This document shows, piece by piece, positions 11,910-20,000 of a stretch of DNA of 20,000 nucleotides. Every line of letters starts with the position of its first letter. Within the stretch, counting starts at the first letter, position 1. Source of the stretch: Vicugna vicugna (lineage: Eukaryota); assembly GCA_013265495.1 (NCBI GenBank), contig MU057552.1:276713-296712 (forward strand), given 5' to 3'. Both the position numbers and the translations under genes were made by a program. A model generated the notes under the pieces. That model worked only from the letters and a program-made list of their open reading frames with translations. It made no database searches and was not told the origin of the DNA.

Positions 11910-13087
11910 AAACAGGCAGTGAAAAGACATTCAACATTGTTAGTCATCAGAGAAATGCAAATTAAAACCACAGTGATATATTACCTCGTGTCTATCAGGA
12001 TGGCTATCATCAAAAAGACCACAAAAACACAAACATTTAACAACAATGTGGAGAAAAGGGAACCCATATATACTGTTGGTATATAGTTTATACAGAGACT
12101 AGTGTGTGAGAGCTGAGTCCTGGAGGCCTGTGATTTATCCAGGAGGTCAAGTTATTGCAGGCAGCATGTGCTGCTTGAAACCAGTTTTCAGCCCTGGCTG
12201 TCCACGGGTATCAGTCTCCCTAGGAGCTGAGTCCCCCAACATCACACACCCCCACTCAGAGATTCTGATACAATTGGCCCAGGCAACCAGATTTGAAAGC
12301 TTCCCACTTGATTCAATGTGTAGTCACATTGAGAGACACTGTGAGCAACTAGTTCACTCTGGGATAGTCAGTATAGTTCATACACCCAAACTAGGAACAG
12401 TAGGAACAATAGAAATGCAAACTATTACAACCACTATGGAAAGCAGGATGGTGGCTTCTCAAAAAACTAAAAATAGAACTAATATATGATCTAGCAATTC
12501 CACTTCTGGGTATTCATCCAAAGAAAATGAAAACATTAACCTAAAAAGATATATGCACCCCAATGTTCATGGTAGCCTTATTTACAATTGCCAAGATATG
12601 GAAGCAAACTAAGTGTCCGTCAACAGATGACTGGATAAAGAAGTTGTGTTATATATAAAATGGAATATTACTGAGCCATAAAAAATTGAAATGTTGCCAT
12701 CTGCAACAATATAGATGGACGTGGGGAGTATTATGCTGAGTGAAATGAGTCAGACAGAAAACACAAATACCGCAGAGTATCACTTATATATGAACTCTGA
12801 AGAAGAAAACTAGTGAACATAACAACAACAACAAAAAGCAGACTCACAGGTACAGAGAACAAACAAATGGGTATCCATGAGACAGGGAAGAGGGGAGGGC
12901 AAGACTGGTGTAGGGGATTAAGAGGTACAAACTACTACGTATAAAACAAATAAGCTACAAGGATATGTTGTACAGCACAGGGAATATAGCTGATATTTAT
13001 AATAACTATAAATGGAGTATAACCTATAAAAACTGCAACCTGAAACTTATATAATATTGTACATCAACCCTACCTCAATTAGAAAAA
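11910..13087 (+). mobile_element. L1 3' portion (L1MA9/artiodactyl-type ORF2 end and 3' UTR), interrupted at 12081-12410
   Basis: Encodes degenerate KRHSTLLVIREMQIKTT...VEKREPIYTVG and resumes at agaaatgcaaactattacaaccactatgg. Its 3' UTR reads ggggattaagaggtacaaactac...gtacagcacagggaatatagc...cctgaaact...ctcaatt, followed by A-rich sequence. Confidence 0.9.
12182..12341. mobile_element. MER5A/MER5A1-like hAT MITE (about 160 bp)
   Basis: Ends cagttttcagccctggctg ... cacattgagagacactg, with internal cagagattctgatacaattgg and aaagcttcccacttgattcaatgtg matching recalled MER5 consensus. Confidence 0.7.
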
Positions 13088-13579
13088 CATTGAAGACCAG
13101 TTTGCCCCATGTGACCCAGGTCCCTCCAGTTTTACCTCCTTTTCCTATCTGTAGGGTTCAGTGTCATCATCTGTTAAATAAGGTACTCAGGCTAGAAGGC
13201 CAGCTGTACTTCAAGAATCCCATAAATCTACTGAAAGCAAACTAAATGATCAAATGAGAAACCTCAACCACAGCATGAACAATCCTTACTGCTGGCAGAA
13301 GTTTCATCTCAACCATGATGAAATGAGGACAAAATAGTGCACACTTGTTCCTTGCTTTCATGGACAGGAAGACACAGCTAATGTTATGTGAGATTTAAGA
13401 AGTAGGGAGAACAAGACACATACTGCACTAAACTTAATACTCTCATATGCCTTTGCTTTCCCTTCCTTGCATATTTACTGGAGGTGAGATGTGTTTAATT
13501 AAGGTTATATACCAATAAAAGCCAAATTATAATTTGCTTTTACCCATTAAATTTGTCTATATAGAAAATGTTTTCCAAT

Positions 13580-13915
13580 AATAAAAATAACATTTATTAA
13601 CCATAAAATTTCAAATAATTTTAAAACACAAAGAGTAGAAAGTAAGAGTTATCCATCTCTTGCCCAGATATATTTTATTTCCTTTAAGGAGTTTAACACA
13701 TATCATTCAAAATCTTTTCTTATATATATACATAAAGTATATTTTAAATAAAATGAAATAATACTATGTGTAAATTTTACAACTTGCTTTTTCATTTGAC
13801 AATATATACTGTAGACATCTTTTCATTTGAATTTACATTGCTTTACCTCATTCTTTTTAAAGGATGAGTAGTATTCTACTGTCCAGATGAAATAAACTGT
13901 ATTAAGCCCTCCCTA
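13580..13915 (-). mobile_element. Ancient L1 3' fragment (L1ME-like)
   Basis: aatactatgtgtaaattttacaacttgctttttcatttgacaatatat...acatcttttcat...cctcattctttttaa...gtagtattctactgt matches the antisense L1ME 3' UTR pattern. Confidence 0.65.
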
Positions 13916-14591
13916 CTTAGCCTGGCCCTCTCCTTCCTAAGGTTCCAGTCCCTGTATCTAAGAAGGGAAGACATGGTCTGGGGGAAGAGAAGGTTGTGCA
14001 GACAGAGGTGAGCAGGCAGGGAAGCAGGGCCAGCTGACTGCCACTTTCTGCCCCTCCCCTCTGGCTTTCAGCAACACTTCCTTCATCCTACAGTTACATG
14101 AACTGCCTTTTTCTCCTTCCCTGCAATCAAAGAATTTTGGAGAGACATTACATGAGTATTTTATGATTGTTCATTTCAGATTCCTCCTTCTCTCTGACAA
14201 CAACATATCTGGCACTAATCTAAATACTCATGAAGCAAGACCAGCAAACCCACAGAAAGCAAGAGGGGAAGGATCCCCTTGATCTTTCAGTCAAGATGGA
14301 GGGTTAAAATTGTCCAATTTAAAAATACAGCTGGGCAGATAAGAATAAGAGATACTAAAATATTTAAATCAAATACTTCTGGTTAACTGAGTCATATTGC
14401 CAAGCATTTAAGTCATCCTCACTCCAAGAAAAAAAAAAAAATTTTATCAGTAATCTGGCCCTTAACAAGTCCTATAAAACAGAAGTCAAATAGGACTGGC
14501 TGCAGACTGATGGAAAGAGTCTATTATTCTCAGAATGCTGGGCTTTTAACTCCAGAATGAAATCCAAGCATGTTACCCAAGCAGCTTATAC

Positions 14592-14684
14592 CTTACACAG
14601 GAGATGGTGGACATCGATGGGACAGTTCTGTATTACTTTGTCAACAACATCTGAGATGGATTCCATAATATCTGGGTTGGCAAA
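14592..14684 (-). pseudogene. ACTR3B: ACTR3B-pseudogene exon 9 (93 nt): [31 protein letters not shown]
   Basis: Acceptor aaaattcag|TTT and donor TGTAAG|gtataa. Matches Arp3[32 protein letters not shown]. The frame is open but RRP has become HHL. Confidence 0.95.
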
Positions 14685-15556
14685 CTGAATTTTATACAGA
14701 TATAAAAGAAACATTACACATTTCTCTCAACAACTTTTTAAAAATGTAACTTTAAAAAATACAGAATTCACTATGTCTTTAAAACTGTCACATTGGAATG
14801 AATGTGTCAAATTAATCCAAGTGACCGTACATGGAGTGATGGTGACATGTCCCCTCAAGAGATGAAATGTGTGGGTTTAGAGAGGGAGAAAATCAAACAG
14901 TAACAAAGGCAGACCAGCACCGCGTTAGAATACACAGTGACTCACACCTTTTATGAGATTTTAAAAAGCAAGTGCTCAGTGTATGTGACGTGTAATGAAA
15001 AATATTGTGAGTAGGTAATGAGCATGTGATGTATAGACACTAATGTCATGAAAAAGTTAGCCAGGATATAAGAAAAAAACCTAGTCAGTGACTCACACTG
15101 TAAATCTGGGCTAGAAGACTGGGAAGGGGGAAGGGTGGTGGCTTCTAAGTGAAACAATCAATACGGTAACAATCATGTTATTGAGTAAAAAATCTTACAT
15201 TCAATTCCATAAGTGAAATAAGCTAAAGTATAAGTAATTCAATTATAAAATTCTGAAATATGCTTTAAGAATCATGGAAAGTGTTGCTCAAGGGAAGAAG
15301 TCACCATGCAGCTGTTCACTGGATTTTGTTGGTTTATGTCTATTTTAACTGAAGACTATCACAAGCGAATGAGTGCTGTGCTATCAGGTACAGTCAGACA
15401 TACATTGTGTGCCATTTCCCTGAACAAACAGTCATACACATTGAAGAACAGGCAGTGGTTTGTATTTACCTATTAAATGTAAACTGAATGAAGCAGAAAA
15501 TTATACCAAAATACAAATAAAATCCAATTTACTAAACCTTAAAATATTGCCTCTTA

Positions 15557-15582
15557 ATTACTGCTTTTGCAAAAGCAGTAAT
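15557..15582. repeat. Perfect 26-bp palindrome ATTACTGCTTTTG|CAAAAGCAGTAAT
   Basis: Checked base by base; two 13-bp arms with no spacer. Confidence 0.95.
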
Positions 15583-16117
15583 CATTCTTTGTGACTACTC
15601 ATTAAACTGATAATATCTCTAATTCTTCTTTCCGAGGCTGTCCTCAGACAGAAGCTTTAACTTGCAGCAGGGAACACAGCAGGATCAGCTGTCCTGGGTT
15701 AAAAGTTGGAATGAGTGATGGGAAGGTTACATGTACGCTATTGTACTCTTATACAGACGCAAATTCCAATCAGTCCTCGAGATTAACTAGTTTTCATATT
15801 AGTATGAGATGAATTTCAAATCCATTCTCTTCTATTGTTCTTAAAGCTTCTTCCTAACAGCTCTTGGTTAAATCAACCATTAACTGTTTAACAGATAGCC
15901 AGAGCCAAAGAGGAGCACGCTGAAACACCCAGTCTAATGGGTGGACCACGCAGGGGCCAGAGCAGCCACTGAGGCTGAAGCCTACACTCCCAAGATCCTC
16001 CCTGGAAGGTGGCCACCTCATTCGGGAGCCCCACGGGGAGCCACTCTTGCACACATAAGTTGGCAGCATTGCTCCACACACGTCATTCTCTGCACACTCA
16101 GAAAGCAAATGTCTTAC

Positions 16118-16291
16118 TTCTGGCTGAGAGAAAATTTCAAGGCCTGGGAACCTTTCCTAGCCAACATCGATAATGAACTTCTTCTGGCTGATGGCATTGT
16201 TCCCTGTGTGCTGTTTGATCCACTTCTGTGGATCCACGTCATACTTGGCAAACTCCTTGACTATATTGGGGCAAATGTGTCAGTAATTCTC
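16118..16291 (-). pseudogene. ACTR3B: ACTR3B-pseudogene exon 8 (174 nt): [56 protein letters not shown]
   Basis: Acceptor gtgtgtgtctgcag|GAG and donor CCAGAA|gtaaga. Matches Arp3[22 protein letters not shown]...DVGYERFLGPEIFFHPE. Stops TGA at 16280-16282 and TAG at 16157-16159. Confidence 0.96.
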
Positions 16292-19204
16292 CTGCAGACA
16301 CACACACAGAGATGTCACCAGCCATTAGCCACCACCTAGTCTGCCCTCTGGCAAACACCCAGTAACTCCAGCACCACAAGCCCCCAACATCAGTCTTGCC
16401 CATGGCCACAGCTCCAAGGGAAACTTACTGGGCTCAGTGATGTCTAACAGCTATGCTTTGGCCAAGTACTCTGCTTTCATTTCAGCTCTGCTGTTAGTCC
16501 CAGCCTCACTGTCACATGTTGCTCCCCACTATCTGAGATGATGTCTGATGATGCCTTCCAAGTCCCTCGTCTCCATCTCCTCTCTTCTTACTCCTTGTAT
16601 GCCCCCACGTGGCACCTGCCCAGGCACTCGCTGCCACCCACTGGGAGCAGCAGACCCTCATCACAGCCCAACCCAGATCTGAAGGCAGCAGATCTGGCCC
16701 TGTGCTCACCAAGGCCGATTGGCAGGTGGTTAACCTGCTGTGCGGTCTGACACAGCACACTCAGTGGCTCCACAACAGAGAGTTAGTGGGTGCCTAGTCA
16801 CGTGGGATGCACAAGTGAATAAAACACACACAGACCCCTTCCCATTGGCCCATACACTGGCTGAGAGTCAGAGTAACCAGTGATGGTGATAAATAAGTGG
16901 CACAGCACTTTTTAAGGTGCTGGGACCATGAACCAAAGAAAAGCCCGACTTTGGCAGGATGGAGCTGCCACACACTGGGGTATGAGAACCCACGCAGTGC
17001 CAGCCCCAGACTGTGCTGTACAAAGTGTTTCCTCAGCTGGTGATGCCTGACTTGGGGTCTCTGGGTTGATCATCTGTCCTTAGAGCTAACCTCACAAGAA
17101 CAGCAGTTGGCCCCTGGGTACCGGATTCTGAAAGTCAGCTTCCTGTGGGCCAGATGGGCTTTGTTCAATGCCTGCACTGTGTCAGGCCCAACGCTGGTGC
17201 TCAGGAGGACCTCTGAAGGCATTTTCATGATACTAAGTTCAAAATTTCTTAGAATCCCTGAAACGAAACCTAATACCAGCCTTGGTATACTCTGCACAAC
17301 TGTAAGACTGATGGGCCAGACTTGCTACACACCCCTGTGCTCACTGATAACTGAGTGAGTGGGTCAGTCCATACAACCTCAAATCTACCAGGCTGAGGGC
17401 AGAAACAGTAAGTTGTCCTAAGACAACAGGTCAATGTCTCGTAGTATCTCAGAGGCTTAACTGAAGGCAGGAAGTGCCTCCACAGAGTTGATGGTGTGCA
17501 GTGTGTCAGCCCCAAGACCTGGACCACCACTGCCCTCACCAACAGGACCCTTGTATCCACAGGCCCCCTCCTGCCCACAGGGGCAACAAGACACAGGGTA
17601 ACTCTGACCCATTCCCACAGAGAGAAGTGGGGCAAGAACTAACTGACAGCAGGGTTGGGACAGGTGACCTGCAGGGAACACAAGGAGCTCTTCCACTTCC
17701 AAACTTCATGGCTGAGTGATACATTGTCACTGCCCAAATGGGTCAGCCCTGGTTCAGGGTCAGAGATGGACACCAGAGAGCCAGTGAGGAAAGTAAAGCC
17801 CACCACGAGGACTAGGAGAGCAGCCTCTGTCACAGTCAGCACACTTAGGGCCCAACTCACCTGCATGGCCACCATGATGATCAGGGGGCAGAGGCTCTGA
17901 GACACATTGGTAACAGGAGTGGGGTGGTGAGGGAACTTGGGTCAAATATCCAAATTTACTTCCTTGAAGAAAGGCAATGAAGGGAATAGGGGAAGTTCTG
18001 GGAAATATTTTAATATAAAAAGAAAGTCTTATGCTACTTCTGTAAACCTTCCCCCAGAGGGAAAGGGTTGACTCCCATGGACTGCCCAGGACCACACACC
18101 CAAGCTCTGAGGTGCCCCAGCCCTGGAAACTGTAGTCCTGGGCACACCCAGCCACCCAGCCACCCTACTCACAGGAGCCCTGACCCACACCAGTGCACCC
18201 TGTCCTAAAAATACCTCTGTATCCACCAAGAGTGTCATGCAAAGTGTAGGAATCCCCCCAGACACTAGCTTTCCTTCAACCAGTCTGTTACTGGGTGCAA
18301 AGGTGGGAGGAAAGGGGGAGGCTAACCTCCCTTAAACTTCCCTGCAGCTCAGAAACTGTGTGTTCAAGGCCACATGTCAACTCCATGCTTAAATTCTTCT
18401 CCAAAAACAAAATCTTTGCTCTTTATATAATAATTATCCTTGTATTACTAAAAATATCTTCATTTTGACTAAAACAAAAACAAAAACAAAACAGTAATTT
18501 GTCCTGATTTTGCAAACTGAAAAGAAAGATGCTTTGAAAGGGATCTGTCAAGTTCTACCTACAGAGTGACACAAAGACTAAACTGATGGATCAGTCAGGT
18601 GGACATTTTAAATAAGGACCAATGAACCATTTTCCTCTGAATCTTACTGATTTAATTTTAGAGCTTCCTGTAACTCCTCCAGCATGGTAACGGAGTCTAG
18701 AAAACATAGGAGGACTCTGTTCAATGATTCACCCTAGAACAGCATCACTCTGACTGGTAATTCTCAGGGTACAGAACCACACATAGCAATAGATGGAAAT
18801 GAGTTTGAATTCTGGCTGACTGCACAGGATTCCTCACAGTCACTGCTGCTGCTGTCTGCTCCTTACTTGGGAAATGAAGCCTGGAGGGAGAGGTGCAAGA
18901 CACATTGACAAATTGAAGGTTCTGTCTAATCAGGCTCCAATTAAATGACATCGTATTACACAGGATGCTCAATACCAGTTATCAAGCTACTCTCATTTAC
19001 AGCTGGAACCTCCACAAGCATCCATGTTCAGAGAAGAGGCTAAGCTTTCAGCCCCTTAACTCAAGTGGTAAACAGATGGAGACCCACCTTCATGGGGAGG
19101 GGAGGGAAGGCACAGTGGAGCAGGGGTGGCAGCCACGAGGGGTAGTGTGCAAACAACCGTTTCTCTCTCACACCCAAACTGGCCAATTTCCCAACTGTTT
19201 TTAC

Positions 19205-19348
19205 CTTAATGGCCTTTGCAGACTCCAGTGGTTGCTCAGGAGGGATTCCCACCTCCCTCTCCCTTGGCAGCTGTTGAATGAAATACATAATATCTCTACC
19301 TGCAACAGGGATGTGTCTGATGCAGCTTCCTAGTACCTAACCTTCCAC
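19205..19348 (-). pseudogene. ACTR3B: ACTR3B-pseudogene exon 7 (144 nt): [47 protein letters not shown]
   Basis: Acceptor ctctctgtctccccag|GTG and donor ATTAAG|gtaaaa. Matches Arp3[52 protein letters not shown] at 19337-19339 replaces Tyr. Confidence 0.96.
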
Positions 19349-19700
19349 CTGGGGAGACAGAGAGGCAAAACACCATGTGAGTAACTCCAGGAGGGAAGCC
19401 CTCCCTGGACTCTAAGTTAGACTTCTTCCCCCACCTGCCCTGGCAATGCAAGCATTTACTGAATCCCTACTCTGTGCAAAGCTCAGGACTAGGGGAGGGA
19501 GGATAAAATGACCATGCATGCAATTCTGTTAGGAGAACCTGTGATGCTCTGTAAGCAACCAAAGTGGTCTTTCCATTAGGAATGTGAAGAGAAAACCACA
19601 GAAGGTAGTTAATTTCTAAAATACTGCTGTCTGTCCAAACAATGGGTCATATTATTTTGTTCCTCTAACAAAAAGGAAAAAGTTTTAACTATTAATTTTT

Positions 19701-19815
19701 AAACACTTTTATTGAGTTATAGGCATTTTACAATGTTGTGTCAAATTCCAGTGTAGAGCACAATTTTTCTATTATACATGAACATATATATATTCACTGT
19801 CACATTTTTTTTCTG
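19701..19815 (-). mobile_element. Very short (about 115 bp) 5'-truncated camelid L1 3' end with TSD
   Basis: The reverse complement closely matches 3116-3235 of the other L1 in this window. It is flanked by the perfect direct repeat tttaactattaatttttaaac (19684-19704 / 19816-19836), which contains a TTTT/AA endonuclease site. Confidence 0.92.
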
Positions 19816-20000
19816 TTTAACTATTAATTTTTAAACCAACTACAAATTGGCTTGCATTTAAAAGTCAACAACCTGGTTAGCATGCGGGATTTAGAGTGTG
19901 ACAACCTAGACTCAGATACTGGTTCCACATCTGTGGGCAGAGTAACCATGGCCATACCTGTTAACACATATGTTTCAGCCTTGGCACCTTCACCCATCAT

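Larger units (their letters stand above)
14592..19348 (-). pseudogene. ACTR3B: Unprocessed ACTR3B (actin-related protein 3B) pseudogene segment, exons 7-9 with introns; probably continues beyond the right edge of the window
   Basis: Three phase-0 exons in the correct order with AG/GT boundaries join into 137 codons of Arp3 sequence. Diagnostic residues (RERE, AKAIK, [21 protein letters not shown]) match ACTR3B rather than ACTR3 as recalled. Three in-frame stops. Confidence 0.95.

Noticed and set aside
15941..16339. 132-aa plus-strand ORF
   Set aside because: It is an antisense shadow of ACTR3B pseudo-exon 8, has no ATG start and resembles no known protein.
16673..16697. Hairpin CCAGATCTG-n7-CAGATCTGG
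   Set aside because: A 9-bp stem is expected by chance at this window size.
16512..18265. Cluster of many 60-130 aa ORFs on both strands
   Set aside because: Expected in GC-rich intron 7 sequence, and none resembles a known protein.
19061..19288. 75-aa [15 protein letters not shown]... as a short functional Arp3 peptide
   Set aside because: It starts at a mutation-created ATG (T>M) inside exon 7 and reads into the intron. If spliced it would stop at codon 4 of exon 8.
1..20000. CRISPR array or other prokaryotic/phage system
   Set aside because: The DNA is clearly mammalian, with no regularly spaced repeats or operon-like ORFs.

Overview
Mammalian genomic DNA, most likely camelid (alpaca/camel/llama), inferred from a camelid-type L1 3' end and a tRNA-Ala-derived Vic-type SINE. 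No intact protein-coding gene is visible. The main feature is an unprocessed (intron-containing) pseudogene of ACTR3B (Arp3-beta) on the minus strand. Three exons correspond to Arp3 exons 7, 8 and 9 (19205-19348, 16118-16291, 14592-14684). They keep the expected 144/174/93-nt lengths and GT-AG splice sites, but carry three in-frame stops and many CpG-type substitutions. No exon 10 is recognisable in the 14.6 kb downstream. The rest is typical interspersed repeat: a solo ERV-type LTR, nested L1s with target-site duplications, an isolated L1 5' end, an L1 interrupted by a MER5-containing fragment, MIR/L2/MLT1 relics and a 118-N gap. Repeat family names and reference Arp3 sequences are from recall, not database searches. 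I see no prokaryotic-type system such as CRISPR. The most novel candidates are the ACTR3C-like partial ACTR3B copy and a possible 14-nt poison microexon in its intron 7.
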